A stretch of DNA of 64,000 nucleotides from Nageia nagi. Its lineage: Eukaryota; Plantae; Pinophyta. Under the pieces are notes generated by a model. It had not been told where the DNA came from. It was given only the letters and a program-made list of their open reading frames with translations, and made no database searches. Shown here in pieces: positions 1 through 11,143 of this stretch. The DNA is taken from the NCBI GenBank assembly GCA_050084985.1, contig JBITNC010000002.1, positions 20,274,001 to 20,338,000 on the forward strand, given 5' to 3'. The position numbers and the translations under genes are program-made. Position 1 is the stretch's first letter. Every line of letters starts with the position of its first letter.

Positions 1-1559
1 CTCTAGCTTCCCATTTGGTGCAAATTGTCACTTGTAAAGACATGGTCTCCAAAAATCAATGCTACGAAGGGCTACCAAAAAAATTCTCCCATTGTGAACA
101 CCTCTCTCTTGGATGAAACTACTTGAAGTCAACAAATACATGTATTAATCCTCTACTTGAAAAACATGTGTTTTAATATGTTTGAAATATTGACCACTCC
201 TGAATTGAAGATTTGTTTCGGGATTTGGAAAAGAAAATCAAGTAAAACATTTGCATTCGTAGAGTCTAGTTGTTTCTCGAGGGCAAACAGGTACAAATAG
301 ATTTATGTTGTTAGAATTACAAAGGCAAAAAGGTATTGTCTACCAAAAACAAGATTTACTCTTACCTTTGTTTGCATTTTGACCTATATCTTATTGACTA
401 GCAATCATTTTCTGATGTTCTTAATTTCTCTATAAGGTAGACTCAACAAGTGTTCTTATTAGTGGCTGCATGATAGGCTTTGCTAAGGTCTGTTTTTGAA
501 TGTTGAAATTTTAATCAATTTCATGAGCTTAATTTGGTGAAGGCTAAAAATGCTAGCAAGTCTTTTAGAAACCTTCAAAGCCCCATTAGTTGGTCGTTTA
601 TATCCAAAATTGTCGTATGATCACTTTTCTAAAAGGCTAAGGGGGTGTTGCAGACACTTTTGTGAACTCCATTTTGGCATTGGTGTTTAATACACGTTTT
701 TGAGACAAGATTACTTACCAAGTCCTACCATCTTTATTTTTATTTAGTCAAATAACAAGTTATTTTTTGGGTGCATTATCAGTAATACTTGACACCCCTA
801 TAAAATTTCTTTAGAGAAAATTGGCATCATCTTTGATGCCATGGGAAAAAGCACTCGTACCAAAAAGCTGAAGCAAAATGAAGTATTGAGAGATACATCT
901 TCCTACCTCCACGATGAAAATCACACGCTAAAGGTGTGACCAACTTCAAAGAAAACTTTAATAGCATAAGAGTTTATTAATTGCGCAAAGTTTCAATACA
1001 TACAAGAATAAATGGAGAGAATTCAATATCACTCTTAAACTAGAAGTTCAAAGGCGAAGAAAGAAAATATATTCATGTCCATGGATGACCAAAATAGATC
1101 AATGGGGCTCAAAGGTACATCCAACTAGAAAGAAAAAGTGCTATGGTTTGAGAACCATAGGGACTGAGATTATAATAACTACAAAAATTCGAAACTATCA
1201 TCAGAAGAGAGGCCAGTGATAAATTTGATAACGTCAAAAAAGCTTGTTTAGTAATGTCACATGTTCAGGAATATGGAATTGGCAACCTCATCATCCACCA
1301 CTATGAAAGGGCCAATGGTAGATCTGATCACATCCAAAAACAGTTGCTTAGAGCTAAGAAGACCATATTGGGTCTACCTATAATCTCTCCTAACATCCAA
1401 GGCCAATGGATCCCTTGTATTAGAAAGGAAGTTGGTGATGCACAATTGTCTTTCCTAACATCCAAGACAAATATCATAATGCATTAATTGGAGCGGGTAT
1501 GAAGCCCTCCATGCTCTTCCTCTAGAAACCTCTCTAGCATGCTTGCCTTTAGAACAACC

Positions 1560-2946
1560 CTCACAAACCACAAACTCTATTGTGGTCATCAACTTTGGCC
1601 ATACCATAAACTAACTCTTGTGAAGTCAATAACCTCAAATTTTGAAAATTCAATTGGTCATACCTTAAGTGCCACAACTAAATTTTAACTTCAATAGCAA
1701 CATTTTAAAATAAGCTCTCTTGAACTCCAAACTTCAAAGAGAACCATCCTATTGCTTGACATGGGAACAATGGTGGCAACTCTATTCCCATGATTCTTGT
1801 CATAAATGATTCATTGCTTGTCATCAAAAACAACTTAATAGTTTCATTCACAAAGTTGCCATACACTCAACAAATTACACTTAAGATCAGATGTATAATA
1901 AATATCTTGAATGTGCTTCTTATGTTCCTTTGTATTCACTTCCATCACACCTTTGGTTGTCACTTCCAAAGACTTGTTATCACTAGGCTTGATCTTGGTC
2001 TTGAATGTCTCATCCATAGTGGCAAACAACTCCTTGATGCCCATCATTTGATTTGAGCAGCCAAAATCAAGATACCAAGTGTCTTGAAGGTTCTTTTTAG
2101 CAATGTTACATGATAAGAACAAGTTGCTTGTAGCATCCTCATTCACATTAGCATAATTTTCCCTCTTTCTTTCATTAACATCTTTCACTCTACATTCTCT
2201 TTCAAATTGTCCATACTTTGCAATGATAGCATTGGACATTCCTCTTATCAAACCTTCCTCGACCTTTAGCAAGTGGTCGTCCTCTTCCTCTAGAAGAATT
2301 TTGATTCTGATCTTTGCCTTGTCCTTGTGTGCTTATGCTAGCACCGTCATTCCGTGAGACTCTTACCTTTAAGGTAAAAAGTCTTCTCATCAATCATCAT
2401 CTCCATCAAAGGTGTCTCTTAGTCTTTCTTAATGGACATAAGAGAACCAACAAGGTGATCAAACTCCAAAGTTGCCAAATCCTCACTCTCCTCAATAATG
2501 TTGGCAACATGGTTCCATCTTGGTGTTTGTATTCTTAGCACCTTCTTGACAACTACTTCCCTCTCCATTCTTTCTCCAATAGCGCCCATTTTGTTAACCA
2601 CATCCTTCACTCTAACACAATACTAACTCACTTTCAGCCTCTTCCATCCTCATGTTCTCAAACTCTCTCCTCAAGGTTTGCAACTTGACTACTTTCACTT
2701 GGCCACTTTGTTGGAAAGCCTCTTGTAAGGCCTTCCAAGGATGTTCGGCTGACTACACATCTGCTATCCTTGGAAACAAGCTCTTGTCTAGAGCTGACTG
2801 AATGTAGTACAAAATCAAGGCATTCTTCTCTTTTGCCTCCTTTGCTTGTTTTTCATTTTGGGGGATAGTATTCTTATCAATTGGCTCCACATAACTAGAC
2901 TCCACAACATCCCAAAGATCTTTATGCATCAACAATGTCCTCATGT
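1560..2946 (-). mobile_element. Degenerate Ty1/copia gag-protease-preintegrase remnant
   Basis: Successive minus-strand ORF pieces: MRTLL..DLWDVVE (gag N-term), VVKKVLR..WNHVANIIEES (gag UBN2-like), RGRGR..VQCYHC (zinc knuckle), WYLDFGCSNQM (copia protease), and an LWH.RYG.LNF-like stretch near 1650-1680. Contains stops and frameshifts. Confidence 0.9.
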
Positions 2947-3014
2947 CTATAGGTTACATATAGTTTTTCTCACGTTTACCCCACCTTTTGCGTTTTCACT
3001 ATATTTCTTTTATG

Positions 3015-4665
3015 TGTAATGTCCCAAATATTTTCTAGCCTTGTACATAATGTGTTTTCATATTTTTGGAGTGTCATTGTAAAACCTAGAAGAGGGACAT
3101 CTAAACTTGAGGGGTTATTTGGGAGTGTTTGTTATGTTTTATTGTCAAAATATGTAATATTCCCAAATTTGGAATGTCTCACTCACTCCAGCACCAGGAA
3201 GTGGGGCGTGCACCCTCATGGTGCTCTTTAGCAATTTAGGAGTATTTTCATAGTTTTAGGACAATTTGGGAATATTTCAGTAATTTACGCAGTATTTATG
3301 GGAGTTTTGTATTTAATTACCCACTTGGAGGCTCTCCAACATGGGATGTAGGGATTTTGAGTCATTATTTGTTATTTTTATGTATTAATTGCATGGGACA
3401 CTTAATGATGCTAAATAAATATTGTAATTAAAATACCAAGACATTTATTATTTGTAAATGCAATATTAGTCTCTTTAAATGAGGCGTTTCGTATTTTAAG
3501 CCTTGATGAATATAATTTGGCATCCCGAGGCACTTTAATGCCTCTCTATGTAATTATGCTTCCCCTAGGCCCAACTTCACACTTAGGGGCAAAGCATGAG
3601 GAGGGAACACCTATCCCTAGGCGTAGGAGACTCCAAGAGGAAGGTGTGGCATCTAGAGAGAAATATTGGCACTGTTGGATGTCATTTTGTGGATCCTAAA
3701 GACACCCACATTGGAACATCACACTTCAAGGACACATCTCAACCATCAAAGGCAATCGTGGTGATCCCAAGGTGCATGGAATTATCTAGAGGTTGATTCA
3801 GGATCTAGAGGCCATATGGAGACTATAAAAGGAGGATGAGGCCTCACTTGAAGGTATGCATGTTTGGAATCTTTCTCTCCTCTTGAGGTTGCGGGCGCTG
3901 ACTCCTTCTATAGCCTTTTGCTGAACAAAACCCTCAAGAGAGGTGTTGATATTCGGTGAGGTCTCAGGGCTATACGGATCGCTAATTTGAGGCATTGCAA
4001 ACCTCAAAGGTTTTGTTAGCTATCTAGGGGTGTTGGTATTACCCTAGATTACCTTAACACTACTAGAGACCCTAGAGTCTTGGCCACAACTTGTGGAGGA
4101 GGAAGACTTGGTTCAAGCCTTGCCCATTTGTGGGACAGCCCTAGTGTTATTTTGTTGCTCTCGACTACATTCTTAAAGATCTTCAACTAGGGGGCATCAT
4201 GTGCTCTAAGACAAGGCATGTAATTTTATTATCATTGCAATATTATTAAATTACATTTCTCGGCTCAATTATTGTGTTATCTTTCAGATTCTTGCCCTAG
4301 TAGGCCAGACATTGAGATTGTGCATGATATTTCTTATTATCTTACTTACTAGCCTAGATGTTGAGATTGCTTAAACAATATTTCGTTTATGTGGATGAAT
4401 TCTTCTACTTAAGCTAGATGTTTGGTATTTTGGATGCTTGTTGTGGAGTTTGCACACTAGGAGAGGCACATTGGGTCACTGAAGACCCCAATGTTGGGTT
4501 TAAATTTCCAGTTTAGCCCCTGGAGGCTAGACGTTTGCTATTTGTGAGCTTGGATAGGGTTTATTAAGTGTATGAACGGTTGTTGGCCAATTTAAGGTGC
4601 CTTCTAGCCAACTTGAAGTTCCCCTTTGGCACAATTCCGGATCCGCCCTAGTCTCGAATATTATA
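3015..4665 (+). mobile_element. 5' LTR (~1.65 kb) of an LTR retrotransposon (probably gypsy) with decayed internal leader (to ~5560)
   Basis: Starts TGTAATGTCCC, TATA-like CTATAAAAGG near 3823, ends ATTATA (eroded ATTACA) immediately before a PBS. Confidence 0.7.
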
Positions 4666-4666
4666 G

Positions 4667-4679
4667 TGGTATCATAGCC
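4667..4679 (+). promoter_or_regulatory. Primer binding site, tRNA-iMet type (TGGTATCATAGCC)
   Basis: One mismatch to the canonical TGGTATCAGAGCC, 1 nt downstream of the LTR end. Confidence 0.75.
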
Positions 4680-5599
4680 TTGATTCTACCAACCTGTGAA
4701 GTCAAGGATTACGAAGAGTAGTTGAAGAATTTGAAGATTTGACACCAACTCACAGTGGTATCTATTACATTGGTAACACACCTACCAACAGTGGTTCAAT
4801 AGTATTTGGCTAAGATCCAATATTGAGATCTCAAATACGATGGTAAAAGTTTGCTATCCTACTAAGCAAACTACAGGGTACATCTGCGAAGTCTTGACAA
4901 CTATTCCACTAGTATCTTATCAAAGGTAGAAGGTTTGAAAACTCTCTTAGCAAATTCAATGATTTCTAAATTTTTTCTAAGCTTTCAGGAAGCCGATGTT
5001 GATCATTTTGGGAGATAAAAGGAGTAATCAGGCATCTACAAGCTATACGTTGGGCACACTCAACTTCAGAAATGAGAGTCATCTAAGCAGTCATTGGAGC
5101 TGAGGAGGCAATTCTTGATTCCAAAATCTTCAGTTTTCGGTTTTAAAGGACTTCATGGCACCACTTCAAGGAGATTTTCACATCAAACTTCGAAAATTAG
5201 GCCATTGAGGAGTGATGTTGAGGATTTTCACCCCAAGCTATGAGGATTACAAATTTGAAGGAGGTTCGTTGAGCTTCAAGGAGGAATATCTATGCCCATC
5301 TTAGGGAGATTTGGCTACTAAGAATCATACGTTGGAAGAATTGCTCAATAACTCAAGATTTTGGAGCTCAGAAGCCATACATGGAGGATAGAAGAGTCAC
5401 ATTTTGTTGTGACAAATTTTGGGCCCATAACCCATAGGTTTACACTCAAAAGGGTATCTTTCGCGAAGGAGAGCATATTTGCAGTGATATTACAATGGTT
5501 CAAAGGCAAATTCAGAGACAGTACACAGAAGGAATCTGCATCAAACTAATTTTTAGGCACTCCAAGAGTGCAACGTTGGATTTTTGACCTTGAGCATTC

Positions 5600-8431
5600 T
5601 CTAGTATCTAATCCTGATTCATCTAAAAGTTCTCAACAATGGGTCTCAGAGACTCCAATCTCCTAAGGAAATCAACTCTGTTTGTCACAATATCCTTCAT
5701 CTTTTCTTCTTCGATGGAGATCCTTTTCAAGGCCTCCACAAATTGTGCCACCACTGTTAATACTTCTTCAATCAACTCTTCTTTGACAGCCACCAACCCC
5801 TCCTTTAATGGTTTCAACTTCTTGAGCTCTTCGGGGGAACCTTCATGGATTCTATCTCTCTTGTTAATCTCCTCTAGGCGGCTAACTCCTCCTTTAGGCT
5901 CTTGATTTCTTTCTCCTTTTGCAGCCCGTCCTTAATGATTGCATCCGCATTGGCTATGATTGAGTGCTTTCTACCCACAATTCCGATAGGGCCTGTATTG
6001 ATGAATTGGTTTATTTGTTTGAGATCTTTAGGCCTTTATGGGTTAGCCTTGTCTGTGTACACAATCTTGATGTGAACTACGTCGTTAGTCATGTGTACAT
6101 AAGTCTAGCTCTTCTCTGGACGAGTGGAGGTCTCTCCAACTTGATCATTAGTTTCATCATCTCCAAACTCCTCACTGACGTCCATGTTGAAAACAACAAA
6201 GCACTCATCTATGTCAACACCCCACTCATCATTTGGTGGTGGTTGGTGGGTTTCAATAATTGGTTCATGGTTGATTTTGACATTTTTCTTTTGCCTCCTT
6301 GATGGTCTTGCCTCTTCATCAACATTCTCTTCAGTTGCTTCGGATGATTGTGACTAAGGTGTTCTTCTCAACTACGTTCTCCTCGGAACTGATTCAGAGG
6401 TCGGACTCTTCCCTTTTCTACGAGAGGTGGAAGGATCCGATGAAGCGGACTTTTGAAATACCTCCAAGATCCGCAAAGACTCTTCCTCTTGAGCATCTAG
6501 AATCTGAATAGGCTGAGATTGGTACTCTACTTGTTCACCATCCTCTCCTCGTCCATCTTCTTGATTGTCTTTTGGTTCATACATCGAGCTAGGGGATGGG
6601 AATCCAGATGGTGGAATAATTGTAGATGGGAGTTGGACTAGCTCTCTAGGTGGTCTTTGTGAGGGTGATGGATCTTTCTCTCTATTCCTCACATATCTCA
6701 CTACCTTGTTTGTTGCCACATCTTCCACCTCTCTCACATCATGCTCATCCATGGTCTCCCTTACCTGTTCGACCATTGTCTCAATTGGATTCCTCCCATG
6801 CATCGAAGCATATTGACCAAGAGGTTCTTCAATTGTGGTAAGGGCTCTTGCCTCTCACATATTGAGATGATACAATCCTTTTTCAGCCTCTCAAACTCTT
6901 TTGCACTCTCCTTGGCTGCACTACTCCTCGAGCTAGTCGTTTTGTCCGAGTAGGTGATGGGTGTCTCAAAAAATGATGCGCAAGCCTTCCTGGAATGAAA
7001 CCCCTTCAACGTTGCCTTGGTCTTGTTCCCTAAATGCCCCATGTATGTTTGAGAAATCAAGGATGCAAATTTGAAGTTAAGCCCTAATTTCACCCTTCTT
7101 CCTCACTTTGGTGCAAAAAATGAAGTGGAGAAATGATTTGAATTTGGAAAAAGGAGGGGCTCCACCTTGCATTTATACAAAAAAATTAAGTTTTTGCAAA
7201 CCCTAGTCAGCCATGTTCCTTAGAAATTTCATCTTACCTGTCCAAATGGCCGACCTAGGGATCCGTGTTGGCTCTGGAATTGAGATATTGTTGCTTGTGA
7301 CTAGACGTGGGGGTGAGAGAGCGGCTTAAAGGTGGGTGCATGCCCAAAAAAGACAAGATTTTGTCTTTTTGGATCATGCACTCAATTTATAAGTGTATGG
7401 CCTTTGGATGTCTGACAACCTGGCTCTCCCACTCGTTCTTCTTGAACTGGTGCTCGTGCTCTGACCTCAACTTGTTCCAAATTTGTCTTTCCTGGGATGT
7501 TTGACATCTCCAAGAATCCCCCTAGGGAAGGCACATGCTTCAAAAAAACAAAATTGTCTTTTTGAAACATGTGCCCATCCCTCTTGGCATGCTAGTTTGA
7601 GTGCATGCCTCAAAAGTCAAAAATTTGTCTTTTTGGAGTGTGCTATAGGTTTCACTTGCCTAGTTTAACTTGTTTTCGGACCTTCTGTAAGCAAGACTTA
7701 GCCAAATTTTATCATTCTTGTCAACCTGAAGCCTCCATGGGTCAGGCGCATGCCACAAGAAGTCAAGATTGTCTTTTGAAACCGTGCGCCTACCCTCTGG
7801 GTCATGCCTGAGCTGGATGCTAGCTTTGGACTTCCATGCCTTAACTAAATTTCCTATCGAAATCAAACTAGACATCCCCCTACCTTGAGCGCATGTTCCC
7901 AAAAGGTAAGATTTTGTCTTTATGAGAGGTGCACTTAGCCTTGGGGTGCTTCATCTTCACTTTTTCACCTTCAGGTTCATCTCGGGTGGCTTCCTAAACT
8001 AGCTGCATGCCCCCAAAAGACAAGATTTTGTCTTTTTGAGAGATGAGCTTGGCTTGTAATGCATCAAAGTTGCGTCTTTGACCCTTCGTTTCAACCTAGG
8101 GGCATGCCCCAGAAAGGCAAAATTTGGTCTTTTGGAGACATGCACTTGACCTTGGGGTGGCCCAGTTTCGCTTGACTTGACTTGTACTTGACCTGGTTCC
8201 CTAACTTGGCCTAGACTCAATTTTTGGTTCCTAGACTTGGTCATTTTTTGGGAAATTTAGGCTTTATTTGACACGACCAAGACTAGATGAATAACAATAC
8301 CTAGGCTTCGGATGATAGGCATGATAACCAAGTATATGGAGTTTTCAAAGACTCATGATGAGATCATGACTTTGTATGGACTAAAGTTGTCGAGGGTCTG
8401 GATTTTGGGGTGTGTTATGTTAGTCACAACA
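5600..8431 (-). mobile_element. 5' part of a giant LTR-like unit (truncated), containing a sub-repeat array, a TATA box and a decayed ORF
   Basis: The minus strand begins TGTTGTGACTAACATAACACACCCCAAAAT at 8431, near-identical to the starts at 11144 and 45620. AAAAGACAAGATTTTGTCTTTTT-type repeats at ~7330-8150. TATAAAT at 7171-7177. Confidence 0.7.
5623..7042 (-). pseudogene. Frameshifted ORF of unknown function inside the giant LTR-like unit (charged/disordered centre, coiled-coil-like C-terminus)
   Basis: Co-oriented ORF pieces 6761-7093, 6372-6803 and 5623-5817, starting ~130 bp downstream of the TATA box. No gag/pol motifs. Confidence 0.55.
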
Positions 8432-8479
8432 GGGTGGATCCATATGATGCCCTTTCTAGTCATTGCCCATCTTTTTGGT

Positions 8480-8820
8480 GATTTCTTATAGAGTTTCCTC
8501 TTTCAAGATTTGAAGACAAAGCTTGTCAAAGAGGTTGGCAATGTAATGTGCCTAGCCATAGTAGTATTTGTGTGTGTTTGTTAGTATTAGCTTGATAATA
8601 ATTATTCCACATGCATGGGATGACACTAGTTAGATAATAGAAGACTCTATATAACGTAATACCTCCCATGTGGAAGCACATGTTAATTATTAATATAAAT
8701 GAGTGTTTACTCAAATGTAGGGAGCCCTCTTGAAGTGTCCAGTGATAAAGGTACCCTAGTTGGTGCTTTACCTTGTTTAGTTCAGTTGTGTGTTTTTTTA
8801 AGTAGGTTTGTAACATCACC
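8480..8820 (+). mobile_element. 3' end of a gypsy internal region with PPT-like tract and the start of a 3' LTR (8542, TGTAATGTG)
   Basis: TTTGAAGACAAAGCTTGTCAAAGAGGTTGGCAA|TGTAATG resembles the usual gypsy '..LEDK..KEGGN' end, PPT and LTR junction. Confidence 0.45.
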
Positions 8821-9362
8821 TTCCTACAGCAAAGTTATTCCTTGAAGAAATCCATCTCAGATCTTTAAAGTCTATGCATGAATAATTTTTCCATGCTGTA
8901 TTTTTAGAAATTCAGTTGGATTTACTTCTATAGTTTGTTACCATTACAAATATGTCACTACCACTTCTCTAAGGATTATCTCCTTCCAGAGAAATTATCC
9001 CTAGAACATATCTATCTCCGATCTTTGGAATCCCTTCACGAATATTTAGTCCATATTATAAGTGTACAATTTCTATGACACTGCAATGCTTGCCCTGCCA
9101 AAATTTGAAACCGAATTTCTTTTGCTTCTTTTAAATACAACCTGCCACATCATTTATTTGGGACTATTGTTCCAGTATCAAATGTTATAATAACTGTTCA
9201 GTACTAGACATAAATTCACGAGTTTTAATATCAAGAACTTTGAATATGTTAATCGACTGAAGTTAGTTTTTTGTTATCATATTTGAAGTGCTTAATATCA
9301 TTACTTGTGAATTTATTCCAGGTAAAAGATACATTCACAGGAATAAAATTGAATATATTTAC

Positions 9363-9436
9363 CTTGTAAATTTGCACTTTGCAGATTGGCACCAGCTAGT
9401 AAACCTCCACGAAGAGTTGCACCACTGAATTCACAC
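9363..9436 (-). CDS. FIP2: FIP2-like exon: (E)CEFSGATLRGGLLAGANLQSANLQ(D)
   Basis: Pentapeptide repeats LLAGANLQSANLQ. GGTAG| acceptor completes the split Glu codon, |GTAAAT donor. 74 bp, phase 2/1. Confidence 0.93.
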
Positions 9437-9689
9437 CTACCAAGAAAAAGTCCACAAACTGTAAGAAAAAAACGTACAAAGGAGACCATAGAAGTATATA
9501 ACTTAAACCAATCAATAACAAAAACATAATTCAAATGTAGCACAACTTCAAAGTTCGAAACTGCTTCACAAGACAGATGAACCATGGCCTTGTTTGTTCT
9601 ACCATGTTCATTAATTTCCTATAGTATATAATTTTCCTTTACTGAATTGTGAATGACAAATTTAACATGTTTTTAGTCATATGAAATCC

Positions 9690-10355
9690 CAGCTTGCAGG
9701 GCTCTAAAGCACAAAAATAAGCTAGTACCTAAGGGGTTGTCAAATGTATACTGGGCTTAATCATTTGACCTAATTTATTATATATGTGACAATCTCTAGG
9801 AATCTTGTAAATATGCTAGAGGAGGCATTTTCTTAGTTCTCCAAATTAGTACAGTTCTCAAGTATCAAAGATTGGTCATTATATGTCAAAACTGTTGGGA
9901 TGGTGAATGGTGTAGGAAGAAGACAAATTTCAAGTCCTTTCTGCTCCTTGTTCTATAATGTCAAGTTGATTTCTCACTTCTAAGTAATCCAATACAGTGT
10001 GTGAAAATCCAAATTGTGGTTTCGTCTGCCTTTAAAGCATATAAATAAGCTAGTACCTAAGGGTCTGTCAAATTTATAATGGACTTGGTCATTTAACATA
10101 ACCTATTCAACGTGTCGCAATCACTAGGTATCTTTTAAATACGCTAGAGGCAATTTTTTAGTTGTCTGCAATAAAATAGTTCTCAAGTATCAAAGATTGG
10201 TCATATATGTCAAAAAATATTGGGATAATGAATGACAGAGGATGAAGACAAATTTCAAGTCCTTTCTAATTGTTCTATCTTTGCACAAGGATCAATTTTT
10301 CACTTCTAGTTCTAACTAATCCAATGCATGGTATGAAATATTCAAACTATGGTTT
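9690..10355. repeat. Old tandem duplication, two copies of ~328 bp
   Basis: AAATAAGCTAGTACCTAAGGG at ~9715 and ~10043. GTTCTCAAGTATCAAAGATTGGTCAT and GAAGACAAATTTCAAGTCCTTTCT recur at about the same spacing. Confidence 0.85.
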
Positions 10356-10559
10356 TTTTAGTTAAGAATTAGATGGCAGAAGGTTTAAGTGACAAAAAGG
10401 AATCAATTCTTAGCAATCTAATAAAACAAGCTGAATACCACAAGCATGCCAATTCCACCCACCCCCTTCTCTTTCATCTCTTTAACACCATCATTTGCAC
10501 TAGCTTCCCCACCCTTGGACCTCAAATATTATCCACCCCATCCTCAAATCCAATGATCC

Positions 10560-11143
10560 ATATGAACTGAGCAATTATCATACCATCATGATTCGCCACA
10601 ACATTATGGAGGACTACATATACAATTGGCAGATTGTACAGGCTTCAAGGAAGGAGGATAAGCATATTTTTGCAAAGACCACCAACCACATCTTGAACCT
10701 TTGAGCGATCATTGAGGAAAAGTTTTGAAAGTCCCCAGTTTTCAGTTGTTTTGTAGATTTCAAGAACGCCTTGAACACAGTCCCTCGACACCAACTCATG
10801 GACAGACTTAGACAATTGCGGATTCCCAAGTTGGGTCTTACAGCCATTTTGAATCTTTACAAGTCCTTATTAGGTCGGGTATGTATTGTTGAGGGTATCT
10901 TTGATAACATCCATAGCACCATTGGGGTGAAGTAGGGTTGCCCACTCTCCCCAATTCTCTTTGGTTTCTATATGCACAAGTTGGAGTCATTTATATTAGA
11001 GACCATAGGCCTTGAGGCAAGGTGCCTCCTCCATGGTAGTCAAGTCCCCATCCTCCTCTTTGTTGATGACATTGTTTTTCTCTCACATAAAATAAAGGAT
11101 CTAAAGTGCTTGATGGAGATCCTCGACTTATTCAACACCAGAC
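10560..11143 (+). mobile_element. Non-LTR (RTE/L2-like LINE) reverse transcriptase remnant, left part
   Basis: CFVDFKNALNTVPR, IGVK*GCPLSPILFGFY and LLFVDDIVFLS RT motifs, with stops. Confidence 0.85.

Noticed and set aside
361-390. AG|GTCAAAATGCAAACAAAG|GTAAG as a micro-exon on the gene strand
   Set aside because: It does not encode the expected next FIP2 segment (DACL..CSFCGADLR) in any frame.
1-1000. Possible DNA-transposon (CACTA/hAT) exon remnants
   Set aside because: No motif was recognisable with enough confidence.
1030-1487. Possible LINE-type RNase H remnant (HHYERANGRSD resembles HxYREANxxAD)
   Set aside because: Only one weak motif is present and the catalytic DG/E/D positions could not be recovered.
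3015-8820. Single intact element bounded by the LTRs starting at 3015 and 8542
   Set aside because: Beyond TGTAATGT the two LTRs do not align convincingly, no TSD was found, and there is no pol between them.
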